Notes: generated by a model not told the origin, from the sequence alone. DNA of 64,000 bases from Trueperaceae bacterium (GCA_019454765.1 JACFNR010000001.1:100790-164789); one strand, 5' to 3'. Positions 1 through 11,159 are shown, numbered from the stretch's first letter. A program made the numbers and translations.

Positions 1-1037
1 TTCATGTGGCCCGGCATGCGGCCCGCCACCGGGTGGATCACGTAGCGCACCTCCGCGCCGTTGCGCTCGAGCAGGTCCGCCAGCTCCTTCACGACGTGCT
101 GCGCCTGCGCGACGGCCATGCCGTAACCCGGCACGAAGATCACGCTGGCGGCGGCCTCCAGGAGGAAGTAGGCGTCGTCGGCGCTGATCGGCTTGATCTC
201 GCCCTCCACCTGACCGGCGGAGGCGTGGGTGGCCGCGCCGAAGCCGCTGAAGAGCACGTTGGCCAACGACCGGTTCATCGCCTTACACATGATCTGCGTG
301 AGTATCAGCCCAGACGCGCCCACGAGCGAGCCCGCCACCACCAACACGGTGTTGCCGATGGCGAAGCCGGCCGCGGCACCGGCGATGCCCGAGTAGCTGT
401 TCAGGAGCGAGATGACGATGGGCATGTCGGCGCCCCCGATGGGGATGACAGCCAGCACGCCCAGCGCCAGGCCCAGCACGAGGAAGACGAGCAGCAGCGG
501 GTAGGAGGCGGCGGGCGCGATCACGAAGATGACGCCAAGGACGAGCGTGCCCCCCAGGATGCCCGCGTTGACCAGTTGCTGAGAGGCGAACAGTATGGGC
601 TTCCCGCTCACGCGCTCCGACAGCTTGGCCCACGCCAAGACGGAGCCTGTGAACGTCACGGCGCCGATGACGACCGCGGCGAAGATGGCGATGGCGGACA
701 CGGGGTCGGCGTGTGGCGTCCGGATGTACTCGTTCCAGCCCACGAGCATGGACGCCAGGCCACCCGACCCGTTCAGGAGGGCGACCATCTCCGGCATCGC
801 CGTCATCTTCACCGTGCGAGCGACGTACACGCCGATGGCGCCACCCACCAACATGCCGACGATCACGTAGGTGAAGTCGATCCCGGCCGACACCAGCGTG
901 GCGACGACGGCCAGCAGCATCCCGAGGGCGGAGACGAGGTTGCCGCGGCGCGCCGTCGTAGCGCGACCCAGCATCTTGAGGCCGAAGATGAACATGACGG
1001 CCGCGACCATGTAGACGAGTTGGACGACCTGGGTCAC
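1..1037 (-). CDS. pntB: NAD(P) transhydrogenase subunit beta (PntB); C-terminal end cut by window edge
   Basis: The minus-strand frame from GTG at 1037-1035 reads VTQVVQLVYMVAAVMFIFGLKMLG and ends at the window edge with IHPVAGRMPGHM, a classic PntB dIII motif. It is missing from the ORF track because there is no stop in the window. It lies directly downstream of pntAA/pntAB. Confidence 0.9.
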   Translation of the reverse strand, partial: MTQVVQLVYMVAAVMFIFGLKMLGRATTARRGNLVSALGMLLAVVATLVSAGIDFTYVIVGMLVGGAIGVYVARTVKMTAMPEMVALLNGSGGLASMLVGWNEYIRTPHADPVSAIAIFAAVVIGAVTFTGSVLAWAKLSERVSGKPILFASQQLVNAGILGGTLVLGVIFVIAPAASYPLLLVFLVLGLALGVLAVIPIGGADMPIVISLLNSYSGIAGAAAGFAIGNTVLVVAGSLVGASGLILTQIMCKAMNRSLANVLFSGFGAATHASAGQVEGEIKPISADDAYFLLEAAASVIFVPGYGMAVAQAQHVVKELADLLERNGAEVRYVIHPVAGRMPGHM

Positions 1038-1044
1038 GCCGACC

Positions 1045-1323
1045 TCACTTCTCCTTCTCGCCGGCGCGGAACATGCCGAGCATGCGGTCGGTCACCAGGT
1101 AGCCGCCCACCACGTTGACGGTGGCGGCGGCGATGGCCAGCACGGCCAGGACGGTCGCCAGGGTGCCGTCCACCGCCGTGGCCGCGATGGCGCCCACGAT
1201 GGTGATGCCCGAGATGGCGTTCGACCCCGACATCAGCGGGGTGTGAAGCTGCGACGGGACCTTGTTGATCAGCTCGAAGCCTAGGAAGATCGCCAAAACG
1301 AAGGCGAGCAGGAGTAGCATCAT
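1045..1323 (-). CDS. pntAB: NAD(P) transhydrogenase subunit alpha part 2 (small membrane subunit)
   Basis: This is the last 92 aa of ORF 1045..2124: MMLLLLAFVLAIFLGFELINKVPSQLHTPLMSGSNAISGITIVG. That is the typical PntA2 three-helix membrane protein. Its ATG lies 3 nt after the pntAA stop. Confidence 0.88.
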   Translation of the reverse strand: MMLLLLAFVLAIFLGFELINKVPSQLHTPLMSGSNAISGITIVGAIAATAVDGTLATVLAVLAIAAATVNVVGGYLVTDRMLGMFRAGEKEK

Positions 1324-1325
1324 GG

Positions 1326-2468
1326 TCACCCTTCTCCCAGAGCGGCGCGGACCCGCTCGTCGCGCACCTCGCCCTGCGACGTGAGCAGGCAGGCGCCCAC
1401 GACCTCGTCCGCCGCATCTAGGCGCAGCCCTCCCGCCTCCTTGTCCCAGGCATGCTCGATGAGCAAGTACAGGTTGTTCGCGTAGACGAGGCTGGCGTCC
1501 TTGGCCACCTTGGCGGGCAGGTGTTCCAGCCCGACGATGCGGACACCGCCGTCGGTCACGACCTCCTGCCCCGCTACCACGCCCTCGACGTTGCCGCCCG
1601 TCGAGGCCGCCAGGTCGACGATCACGCTGCCGGAACGCATGCCGGCCACCATGTCGGCGCTGATGATGCGCGGTGCCCGACGCCCGAAGACCTGGGCCGT
1701 GGTGACGATCACGTCCGCCGTGGAGCACACCCTGGCCATCTGCTTGCGTTGCGACTCGAGCTGCTCGGCGGACAGCTCCTTGGCGTAGCCCTGCTCCGTC
1801 TGCCCCGTCTCCCCCACGTCGATCTCGACGAACTTCGCACCGAGCGACTGCACCTGCTCCTTCACGACCGGCCGCGTGTCGTACGCCTCGACCCGGGCGC
1901 CGAGCCGCTTGGCGGTGGCGATGGCCTGCAGCCCGGCCACCCCGGCGCCGACCACGAACACCCGGCCCGGTGGGATCGTCCCGGCCGGCGTGCTCATCAT
2001 CGGGAACGCCTTCATCGACCGCTCGGCGGCCAACACCACTGCCGCGTAGCCCGCGAGGCTCGCCTGGCTGGAGAGCGCGTCCATCTTCTGCGCGTAGGTC
2101 GTGCGCGGGATGAGTTCCACGCACAACGCCTCGAGGCGCAACCTGGCGAGCGCCCTCACCAGGTCGTGGTTGAAGAACGGGTCGAGGAACCCGGCCACGA
2201 CCGCGCCGGGCCGCATGGCCTCCAGGTCGGCGACGGCCGGCGGCTGCACGGCGAGCAGCACGTCGGCGCCCGCCAACAACGCGCCACGGTCTGCCCCGAA
2301 GCTCGCCCCGGCCTTGCGGAAGTCGTCGTCGCTCATGAACGACGCCGCGCCGACCCCCGGCTCGAGCGTGACGGTGGCCCCCAGCTTGACGAGCTTCTCG
2401 ACCACCTGCGGGGTGAGCGGGCTTCTTCGCTCACCGCTGACGGACTCCCTCAAGGCGACGATGTTCAT
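1326..2468 (-). CDS. pntAA: NAD(P) transhydrogenase subunit alpha part 1 (alanine-dehydrogenase-like dI domain)
   Basis: 380-aa ORF with an alanine dehydrogenase/PNT fold (Rossmann motif VFVVGAGVAGLQAI). It sits in the order pntAA-pntAB-pntB. Confidence 0.92.
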   Translation of the reverse strand: MNIVALRESVSGERRSPLTPQVVEKLVKLGATVTLEPGVGAASFMSDDDFRKAGASFGADRGALLAGADVLLAVQPPAVADLEAMRPGAVVAGFLDPFFNHDLVRALARLRLEALCVELIPRTTYAQKMDALSSQASLAGYAAVVLAAERSMKAFPMMSTPAGTIPPGRVFVVGAGVAGLQAIATAKRLGARVEAYDTRPVVKEQVQSLGAKFVEIDVGETGQTEQGYAKELSAEQLESQRKQMARVCSTADVIVTTAQVFGRRAPRIISADMVAGMRSGSVIVDLAASTGGNVEGVVAGQEVVTDGGVRIVGLEHLPAKVAKDASLVYANNLYLLIEHAWDKEAGGLRLDAADEVVGACLLTSQGEVRDERVRAALGEG

Positions 2469-2560
2469 ATCGGCCTCATCTTTGCACGCGCGTCCGAGCC
2501 GCCGCCCGGGTCAGTTGCCCCGCCCGTGACGCGCACGCCTTGGGGCTATACTCCTCAGTC

Positions 2561-3529
2561 ATGATGCATCTCGGCATCCTCACCAGCGGCGGTGACGCGC
2601 CCGGCATGAACGCCGCCATCAGGGCGGCGGTCCGTACCGCCGCCCATGACGGCATCCGCATGACCGGCATCTACCGCGGCTTCCAGGGGCTGGTGGACGA
2701 CGACACGGTCGAGTTGGGGCCGCGCGCCGTGGCCAACGTACTCCAGCGCGGCGGCACGGTGCTCCGTACCGCCCGCTGCGATCAGTTCCTCGAACCGGAG
2801 GGCCGCAGGGCCGGCGCCGAGACCCTGAGGCGTCACGGCGTGGACGGGCTCATCGTCGTCGGCGGCGACGGCAGCTTCCGCGGCGCCCAGCTCCTGCAGG
2901 AGGAGCACGGCGTGCCCGTCGTCGGGATCCCCGCCACCATCGACAACGACATCAACGGCACGGACGTCTCCATCGGCTTCAACACGGCGCTCGACGTCGC
3001 GCTCGACGCCGTCGACCGCCTGCGCGACACGGGCGCCAGCCACGACCGCCTCTTCCTCGTGGAGGTGATGGGGCGGCGCGCCGGTCACATCGCGCTGTCG
3101 GTCGGCGTTGCCGGGGGCGCCGAGGCCATCGTCGTGCCCGAGGCGCCCCTGCCGGCGGCCGAGGTCGTGAGGCTCCTCACCAAGGCCGAGGAGCGCGGCA
3201 AGACCTCCAGCATCGTCGTGGTGGCGGAGGGCGCCTTCCAGGGTGGCGCGGCCGAACTGCAGAAGGCGATCGAGTCGTCGTGCGGTTACGACGTCCGCAC
3301 CGTCATCCTGGGTCACACCCAGCGCGGCGGCAGCCCCAACGCCCGCGACCGAGTGCTGGCGTCGCGGCTCGGCTTCCACGCCGTGCGGACCCTCGCCGCC
3401 GGCACGAGCGGCGTGATGGTCGGCACCAACCGTCGCGAGGTCGTCACCATCCCCCTCAAGGAGCTCGAGCTCCACCCGAAGGACATCGACCGCGAGCTGC
3501 TGGAGATCGCCTACGTGCTGGCCGTCTGA
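2561..3529 (+). CDS. pfkA: ATP-dependent 6-phosphofructokinase
   Basis: Motifs GILTSGGDAPGMNAAIR, GGDGS and PATIDNDI are present. The track ORF starts at TTG 2540. ATG 2561 or 2564 gives the canonical N-terminus MHLGILTSGGD. Confidence 0.92.
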   Translation: MMHLGILTSGGDAPGMNAAIRAAVRTAAHDGIRMTGIYRGFQGLVDDDTVELGPRAVANVLQRGGTVLRTARCDQFLEPEGRRAGAETLRRHGVDGLIVVGGDGSFRGAQLLQEEHGVPVVGIPATIDNDINGTDVSIGFNTALDVALDAVDRLRDTGASHDRLFLVEVMGRRAGHIALSVGVAGGAEAIVVPEAPLPAAEVVRLLTKAEERGKTSSIVVVAEGAFQGGAAELQKAIESSCGYDVRTVILGHTQRGGSPNARDRVLASRLGFHAVRTLAAGTSGVMVGTNRREVVTIPLKELELHPKDIDRELLEIAYVLAV

Positions 3530-3538
3530 GCGCCGCGC

Positions 3539-4846
<1,308 letters not shown>

Positions 4847-4947
4847 CTACGCGACGGGCGTGCGTCAACGGCGCGCAGTCTAGCACGCCCACTTGCTAGC
4901 ATCGAACTCGTAACCCCGCCCACAGCGGGCGGGTCAGGAGGTACAGG

Positions 4948-5847
4948 ATGGAACTCGCTATCGTCGGGCTGGGCAGGATGGGGGCCGACATGGCGCGCCG
5001 GCTCATGCAAGGCGGACACGCGCCGGTCGTCACCGACCTGACGCCCGACCTCGTCACGGAGCTGGTCGAGGAGGGCGCGCGCGGCGCGCGCGACGTCGCC
5101 GACGCCGTCAAGCAGCTGTCGGCCCCGCGGGTGGTGTGGAGCATGGTGCCGGCCGGCGGGCCCACCGAGCAGGTCATCGAGCAGGCCCTCGCCGCCCTGT
5201 CGCCGGGCGACGTCATCGTGGACGGCGCCAACTCCAACTGGGAGGACTCGCGCCGCCGCGCCGACCTCGCCGAGGCCAAGGGCCTCGGCTGGGTGGACGC
5301 GGGCGTCTCCGGCGGCATCTGGGGTCTGGAGGAGGGGTACAACCTCATGGTCGGTGGCCACGACGACGCCGTGAAGATCGTGTGGCCCGTCCTCGAGACC
5401 CTGGCGCCCGCCAGCGGGTTGGCTCACGTCGGCCCGCCGGGCACCGGTCACTTCGTGAAGATGATCCATAACGGCATCGAGTACGGCCTCTTGCAGGCGT
5501 ACGGCGAGGGGTTCGAGGCGCTGGCGCGCTACCCTCACCACGACCTCGACCTGCCGGCCATCGCGCGGCTCTGGACGCACGGCGCCGTCGTCCGCTCCTG
5601 GCTGCTCGAGCTGCTGGCCGAGGCGCTGCACGACGACCCGCGCCTCACCGAGCTCAAGGGCTACGTCGACGACAGCGGCATGGGGCGCTGGACGGTGGAC
5701 TTCGCGGTCGCCAACGCCGTCGCCATGCCGGCCGTGACCGCAGCCCTCTACGCCAGGTTCGCGAGCCGCGACGCCGACGCCTTCTCCAACCGCGCCGTGG
5801 CTGCGCTGCGCAACCGCTTCGGCGGTCACAAGACGAAGAAGGCATGA
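4948..5847 (+). CDS. gnd: 6-phosphogluconate dehydrogenase, decarboxylating (short ~300-aa form)
   Basis: Has N-terminal IVGLGRMG (Rossmann) and GTGHFVKMIHNGIEYG. AGGAGG lies 7 nt upstream of the ATG. The stop overlaps the zwf start (ATGA). Confidence 0.88.
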   Translation: MELAIVGLGRMGADMARRLMQGGHAPVVTDLTPDLVTELVEEGARGARDVADAVKQLSAPRVVWSMVPAGGPTEQVIEQALAALSPGDVIVDGANSNWEDSRRRADLAEAKGLGWVDAGVSGGIWGLEEGYNLMVGGHDDAVKIVWPVLETLAPASGLAHVGPPGTGHFVKMIHNGIEYGLLQAYGEGFEALARYPHHDLDLPAIARLWTHGAVVRSWLLELLAEALHDDPRLTELKGYVDDSGMGRWTVDFAVANAVAMPAVTAALYARFASRDADAFSNRAVAALRNRFGGHKTKKA

Positions 5848-7424
5848 TGCGGGCCGAGGAGGCGGGTAGCTCGGCCGCGCGTGACGCGGCTCGCGCCGCG
5901 GAGCCGGCGGTCAGGCGCGTCGAGCGCGAGGCCAGGCCGGGCGCCCCCGACAGCGTGTCGCGCGCGAAGCCGGCCCCGGCCTGCGCGTTCGTCATCTTCG
6001 GCGTCACGGGGGACCTCACGGGCCGCAAGCTCATCCCGGCGCTCTACCAGCTCGCCGCCAAGGGGGAGCTCAACGAGGGGAGCGTCATCGTCGGCCACGC
6101 TCGCCGCGAGATGACCGACGACGAGTTGCGCGCCTACCTCCGCGACAAGGTCGCGGCCGAGGTGCCCGACCTCGACGCGGGCGTGTGGGAGCGGTTGGCG
6201 GCGCGCATCAGCTACGTGCAGGGCGACTACGAGAGCGCGGACGGCTTCGTTCGCCTCGCGCAGAAGCTGGCCGGGCTGGACGTCGCCGGCACCATCTTCT
6301 ACACGGCCACGCCGCCCGAGGTTTACGCCACCATCGCCCGTTCGCTGGCCGAGGCGGGGCTGGCGCGCCCCGCGCCCGGCAGGTTCGCCCGGCTGGTCGT
6401 CGAGAAGCCGTTCGGAACGGACGAGGCGTCCGCCAAGGAGCTGAACGCCCTCCTGCTCGAGCACTTCGACGAGTCGCAGCTGTTCCGCATCGACCATTAC
6501 CTTGCGAAGGAGACGGCGCAGAACCTCGGCGTCCTGCGGTTCGCCAACAGCATGTTCGAGCCGGTATGGAACAACCGTTACGTCGACCACGTCCAGATCA
6601 CGATGATCGAGCCCATGGGCATGGAGGGGCGCGGCCGCTTCTACGAGTCCGCCGGAGTGCTGCGCGACGTCTTCCAGAACCACCTGCTGCAGCTCCTGGC
6701 CCTGATGGCGATGGAGCCGCCCGTGCGCTTCGACGCCCGCGCCGTGCGCGACGAGAAGGTGAAGCTGTTCAGCGCCGTCAGCTGCCCCAGCCCGGCCGAC
6801 ACCGTCTTCGGGCAGTACGTGGCCGGCAACGGCGCGGTGGGGTACCGGCAGGAGAAGGACGTGGACCCGAACTCGAAGCAGGCCACCTACGCCGCCATGC
6901 AGTTGCGTGTAGAGAACTGGCGCTGGTCCGGGGTGCCCTTCTACCTGCGCTCCGGCAAGCGCCTAGAGGCCAAGGCCAGCGAGATCGTGCTGCAGTTCAA
7001 GGCGCCGCCTCACGTCCCGTTCGCGCTCAGCGCGCCGGTGCACGCCGACCGCCTCGTGATGCGCATCATGCCCGACGAGGGCATGACCATCCGCTTCAAC
7101 GGGAAGCGGCCCGGCCAGAAGGTGGAACTCGACCGGATCGGCCTCGACTTCTCCTACGGGGAGAGCTTCGCGGGCGCCATCCCGGACGCCTACGAGACGT
7201 TGATACTCGACGTGATGAACGGCGACGCCACGCTCTTCATGCGCGCCGACGAGGTCGAGGCGCAGTGGCGCATCGTCGCCCCGGTCCTCGCCTACCTGGA
7301 GGAGCGGCGGCCGACCCCGGCCTTCTACGAGGCGGGTGGGCGCGGGCCGCAACAGGCCTACGCGCTGCTCGAATCCGCCGGACGCGAGTGGAAGAGGCCC
7401 GCGGGGGTGCGACGGGGCGGCTAG
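5844..7424 (+). CDS. zwf: Glucose-6-phosphate 1-dehydrogenase
   Basis: Motifs FVIFGVTGDLTGRKL and RIDHYLAKE are present. 526 aa, with about 45 extra N-terminal residues, so the start is uncertain. Confidence 0.92.
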   Translation: MMRAEEAGSSAARDAARAAEPAVRRVEREARPGAPDSVSRAKPAPACAFVIFGVTGDLTGRKLIPALYQLAAKGELNEGSVIVGHARREMTDDELRAYLRDKVAAEVPDLDAGVWERLAARISYVQGDYESADGFVRLAQKLAGLDVAGTIFYTATPPEVYATIARSLAEAGLARPAPGRFARLVVEKPFGTDEASAKELNALLLEHFDESQLFRIDHYLAKETAQNLGVLRFANSMFEPVWNNRYVDHVQITMIEPMGMEGRGRFYESAGVLRDVFQNHLLQLLALMAMEPPVRFDARAVRDEKVKLFSAVSCPSPADTVFGQYVAGNGAVGYRQEKDVDPNSKQATYAAMQLRVENWRWSGVPFYLRSGKRLEAKASEIVLQFKAPPHVPFALSAPVHADRLVMRIMPDEGMTIRFNGKRPGQKVELDRIGLDFSYGESFAGAIPDAYETLILDVMNGDATLFMRADEVEAQWRIVAPVLAYLEERRPTPAFYEAGGRGPQQAYALLESAGREWKRPAGVRRGG

Positions 7425-7445
7425 GGCGCGTGCTAGCGTGACCGC

Positions 7446-8339
7446 ATGCGCAGGGTGCGGGTGGTGGGGGTGCCCATCGACCTCGGGGCCGGTCGCCGCG
7501 GGGTCGACATGGGTCCGAGCGCGATCCGCCTGGCGCGGCTGGCGCCGGTGCTGCGCGAACTGGGTCACGAGGTCGTCGACCTCGGCAACGTCGAGGCGCC
7601 CGTGGCGGAGGCGCACGAGCACCTCCTCACGCCCGCCGGTCCGCACCACGCCGACGTCATCGCGGCCGCCTGCGCCGCCACCCACGCCCGGCTCAGCGGC
7701 CTGCCGGCCGACGACTTCGTCGTCGCCCTCGGCGGCGACCACTCCATCAGCATGGGCACGGTGGCCGCGCTCGGGAGCCGCCAGGCGACGGGTTTGCTCT
7801 GGGTAGACGCCCACGCCGACGCCAACACCCCGGCGACGAGCCCGTCGGGGAACGTGCACGGGATGTCCGTGGCGCACCTGCTCGGGCTAGGCGACGCCAG
7901 GTTCCTGGACGTCTGGGGCGGCGGCGCCATGCTGCGCCCCGAGCACGTCGTCTACCTGGGACTCCGTAGCGTCGATCCCGGGGAACGCGCCCTCATCCGC
8001 GACCTGGGCATCACCGCCTACACCATGAAGGACGTGGACAACCGCGGCGTCGCCTACCTGGCGGCGGCGGCCCTCGAGCAGCTGGGCGGCCTGGGGCGCC
8101 TGCACGTCTCGTTCGACGCGGACTCGCTCGATCCCGCCATCGCGCCGGGGGTCGGCACGCCGGTTCCCGGCGGCCTCACCTACCGCGAGGCGCACCTCCT
8201 GATGGAGCTGCTGGCCGACTCTGGCGCGGTCACCTCGCTCGACTTGGTGGAGGTCAACCCGACCCTGGACCGCGCCAACGAGACGGCGGCCATCATGGTG
8301 GAGATGGCCGCCAGCCTGTTGGGCAAGCGCATCCTCTGA
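7446..8339 (+). CDS. rocF: Arginase (ureohydrolase family)
   Basis: Mn-binding motifs GGDHS, VDAHADANT and SFDADSLDP are present, plus GGLTYRE. Agmatinase or formiminoglutamase cannot be fully excluded. Confidence 0.78.
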   Translation: MRRVRVVGVPIDLGAGRRGVDMGPSAIRLARLAPVLRELGHEVVDLGNVEAPVAEAHEHLLTPAGPHHADVIAAACAATHARLSGLPADDFVVALGGDHSISMGTVAALGSRQATGLLWVDAHADANTPATSPSGNVHGMSVAHLLGLGDARFLDVWGGGAMLRPEHVVYLGLRSVDPGERALIRDLGITAYTMKDVDNRGVAYLAAAALEQLGGLGRLHVSFDADSLDPAIAPGVGTPVPGGLTYREAHLLMELLADSGAVTSLDLVEVNPTLDRANETAAIMVEMAASLLGKRIL

Positions 8340-8366
8340 CCCGGGGCCCTCCCGGCGCCCGGCGCC

Positions 8367-9374
8367 TCAGACCTGCGCCATCGCGGTGATCACCAGCGGC
8401 ACGAGCCCGGTGAGGGCGGCGTCACCCGCCCTGATGGCCTCGCCTGCTCTGTGGAAGTTCAGCCAGTGGATGGGCGGCTTGGTGTGGACCTCGAAGCGGC
8501 GGCAGCCACCCGCGGCGCTCACGGCGCCGTCGGGCCCGGCCGTGGGTGCGCCACCACGCGCGGCGCCGGCCCAGCCTCCCGCCGCGAACGCCAGGGCCCG
8601 GCCGAGGCGTCCAACGGCGCCCTTCGGCGCGGCCGCGGCCGCCCGCGACTGCCAGCGCCGCGCGCCGTCCGAGGCGAGCACGCGCCGCGCCAAGCGGATG
8701 GCGCCCGAGTCCCCCGCCTCCATGCCGGCGCCGATGCCGATGGCGACATCGACGTCGAGGCCGTCGAGCGTGTCGAGGGGCACGGGCGAGCCGATGCCGC
8801 CATCGATCAGCCGCCGGCCGTCGACGAGCGCGGGGGCGAACACGCCGGGGATGGCCGTACTGGCCCGCAACGCCAGGGCGAGCGGCCCCGACTCGAGGAG
8901 CACCTGCTCGCCGCTATCGATGTCCGTGGTGACCACGACGAGCCGCTTCTCCAGGTCGGCGAACGACCGCCCCTCAAGCAGCCTGTCGAAGTAGGCCTCG
9001 AGGCGTTTGCCCTGGAACAGGGCGGCGCGGTGCAGGCCGAAGTCGGCGACGTACGGGAAGACGTCGCGGCGCCGCATCGACTCCGCCTGGCGCAGCAGCT
9101 CCGGCAGCGGCCTGCCGGTCGCGTAGAGCGCCCCGACGACGGCCCCGAAGCTGGTGCCGGCGATGACGTCGGGGACGAGTCCGTTACGTTCGAGGCTGGC
9201 GAGCGCGCCGAAGTGGGCGTAGCCACGGGCGCTGCCGCCGCCGAGGGCGACGCCGAGGCGCGGCGCGGGCCGAGGGCGTGGGGCGGCCACGGCGCCTTCG
9301 GTCGTGGCGAGGGCGCGCGCGGGACGACTGTCTGAGAACACGCGGCATGGTACGTCCTGGGAGATGAGCTCCAT
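8367..9374 (-). CDS. Patatin-like phospholipase (RssA-like)
   Basis: Has GGGSARG (oxyanion), GTSFG (GxSxG nucleophile) and a DGG motif. I chose the start at ATG 9374 (MELISQ). The longer 596-aa track ORF runs antisense through the neighbouring GT2 gene. Confidence 0.82.
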   Translation of the reverse strand: MELISQDVPCRVFSDSRPARALATTEGAVAAPRPRPAPRLGVALGGGSARGYAHFGALASLERNGLVPDVIAGTSFGAVVGALYATGRPLPELLRQAESMRRRDVFPYVADFGLHRAALFQGKRLEAYFDRLLEGRSFADLEKRLVVVTTDIDSGEQVLLESGPLALALRASTAIPGVFAPALVDGRRLIDGGIGSPVPLDTLDGLDVDVAIGIGAGMEAGDSGAIRLARRVLASDGARRWQSRAAAAAPKGAVGRLGRALAFAAGGWAGAARGGAPTAGPDGAVSAAGGCRRFEVHTKPPIHWLNFHRAGEAIRAGDAALTGLVPLVITAMAQV

Positions 9375-9413
9375 GTAACTTAGCTCGCGTCCCGCCCCCG
9401 GCCCGGGCGTGGC

Positions 9414-10340
9414 ATGCTGCTTGCCATGGCTGAGCCGCGCCTGACGGTGGCCGTGGTCACCTACCGCACCCCCGACCTCGCCCTCGACTGCCTGCGGTCC
9501 GTGGTGGCGGCGGCGCCGGCGGCACCCGTGCGGCTCGTCGACACCGACCCGTCGGCCGAGTTCGCCGCGCGCGTGGCGGCGGCTCAGCCGACCGTCGCGT
9601 ACGTGCCGGCCGAGAACAGGTCGTACTCGCACGCGGTGAACGTCGGGTTGGCTGGCGCCGCCACCGAGTTCGTGGCCCTGATGAACGCGGACGTGCAGCT
9701 CGGGCCGGCCACCTTCACCGACCTGATTCAAGCGCTCGACCGCGACGACGGCGCCGGCGCCGCTGGGCCGCTCGCGCTGGGCAGCGACGGGCGGCCGCAA
9801 GACCTCGGCCCGTGGTACGCGCGCCACTACCGCGCGTTGCGGCGCCGGGCCGACGCCGCGCGGTCCTCCGGCGCGCCGGATGGGGGCGCGGCCGCGCCGG
9901 CCAGCGTCGACGTCCCGTGGCTCTCCGGCTGCCTCCACGTCGTCAGGTCCGCGGTCTGGCGGCAACTGGGCGGCTACGACGAGGCGTTCCGGTTCTGCAA
10001 CGAGGACCTCGACTTCGGGCTGCGTCTCGGGCGCGCCGGCCTGAGGAGCAGCCTGGTCGACACCCGCGTCGTCCACCTGGGCGGCACGTCCACGCCGGCG
10101 CACCCGGCGTTCGCGGTGGAGGGGCGTCGCGGCGGCCTGATCATCGGCCGGCGCCACTACCCCGCTCCCCTGTTCGCGGCCCAGCGCGCGTTCGTGCTCC
10201 TCGAGGGGCTCGCGGGCGGGGTGCTGGCCGGCACGCCCGGGGCCAGGGCCGCCTACCGGGAGCTGCGGCGGCTGGCCACGTCCGGCGACCTCGACAGGAG
10301 TCCGTTCGGCGCGACGCTCGACGACAGGCCGCCGTGGTGA
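9414..10340 (+). CDS. Family 2 glycosyltransferase
   Basis: Starts with VAVVTYRTPD, the typical GT2 N-terminus, and contains an NED/DxD-like motif (CNEDLDFGLR). 308 aa. Confidence 0.75.
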   Translation: MLLAMAEPRLTVAVVTYRTPDLALDCLRSVVAAAPAAPVRLVDTDPSAEFAARVAAAQPTVAYVPAENRSYSHAVNVGLAGAATEFVALMNADVQLGPATFTDLIQALDRDDGAGAAGPLALGSDGRPQDLGPWYARHYRALRRRADAARSSGAPDGGAAAPASVDVPWLSGCLHVVRSAVWRQLGGYDEAFRFCNEDLDFGLRLGRAGLRSSLVDTRVVHLGGTSTPAHPAFAVEGRRGGLIIGRRHYPAPLFAAQRAFVLLEGLAGGVLAGTPGARAAYRELRRLATSGDLDRSPFGATLDDRPPW

Positions 10341-11146
10341 CTACCGCGCAGACCGACATGTGGCAGCGGCTGACGACCGACCCCGTGTTCTTCTACTCGG
10401 CCGCGGCGGCGCTGCTCCTCGGCATCGTCTCCCTCGCGACCGGCCTGGCGCGCGGCGACGTCCTGGTACTGGCGAGGCCGAGGAGCGCGCTCAGCGTGCT
10501 GGCGGCCGTGGCCATCGCGTTCGCGGCGACGGTGGCGGCGGAGTGGGCGCTGGCCGGCGGCGCCGCCCCATGGGTGAGCGGGACGACCAGGGCGCTGGCG
10601 CGCGTGCCGCTCTACCTCGTGGCCCTGGCGTACGGGCCGGGCGTCGGCCTGGTGGCGGGCGCCCTCTTCGGCGCCGCCACGGCCGGCGGGGCGTTCCCGG
10701 GAGCGCGGGAGGCCCTGTTCACCTTCGAACTGGTCGTCCTCGGTTGGTTGGCCATCTACCCCTCGCCACGCCTGGCCCGCTGGGCGGGGCCGTTCGACGT
10801 CGCGCTGGCGCGCTGCCTGACATGGGGCACCGCGGGCGTCGCCTGGCTCAGCTACCAGGGCGGCGGCGTCACGGCCACCGCGGTCGTTGCCGCCAGCGGC
10901 CGTTGGCCCTGGGCTGCCCTCGTCTCGGCGGCCGCGCTCGTCCTGGCCGCGCCCCGTTGGTACGACGCGCTCTTCCCCCACTCCCGCGTCGCCCCGCGAC
11001 CGGCGGGCGCGGGGGCGCCGCCGGTCAACGCGGTGCGGGCGCTGCGGGAGCCCGAACTGGCACCGGCCGAGTACGACCGGCCGCGCCACCCGCGGCGACC
11101 GCCGCTGGCCACGCCGCCGCTGCGCGATGACGACCCCAACGACTGA
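10337..11146 (+). CDS. Hypothetical polytopic membrane protein (~6 TM) with Pro/Arg-rich tail
   Basis: GTG 10337 overlaps the GT2 stop (GTGA); ATG 10358 is an alternative start. There are six hydrophobic segments and strong GC3 bias. I recognise no family. Confidence 0.6.
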   Translation: MTTAQTDMWQRLTTDPVFFYSAAAALLLGIVSLATGLARGDVLVLARPRSALSVLAAVAIAFAATVAAEWALAGGAAPWVSGTTRALARVPLYLVALAYGPGVGLVAGALFGAATAGGAFPGAREALFTFELVVLGWLAIYPSPRLARWAGPFDVALARCLTWGTAGVAWLSYQGGGVTATAVVAASGRWPWAALVSAAALVLAAPRWYDALFPHSRVAPRPAGAGAPPVNAVRALREPELAPAEYDRPRHPRRPPLATPPLRDDDPND

Positions 11147-11159
11147 CCGAGCGCTCGCC

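Noticed and set aside
6-1118. 370-aa plus-strand ORF covering the start of the window
   Set aside because: It is antisense to an unmistakable PntB frame (IHPVAGRMPGHM and others). It is Arg/His/Asp/Gly-rich with no family resemblance, which is the typical shadow ORF of GC-rich DNA.
8367-10157. 596-aa version of the patatin ORF
   Set aside because: The upstream ~260 aa are Arg/Pro/Gly-rich and run antisense through the GT2 gene. The patatin domain begins right after ATG 9374.
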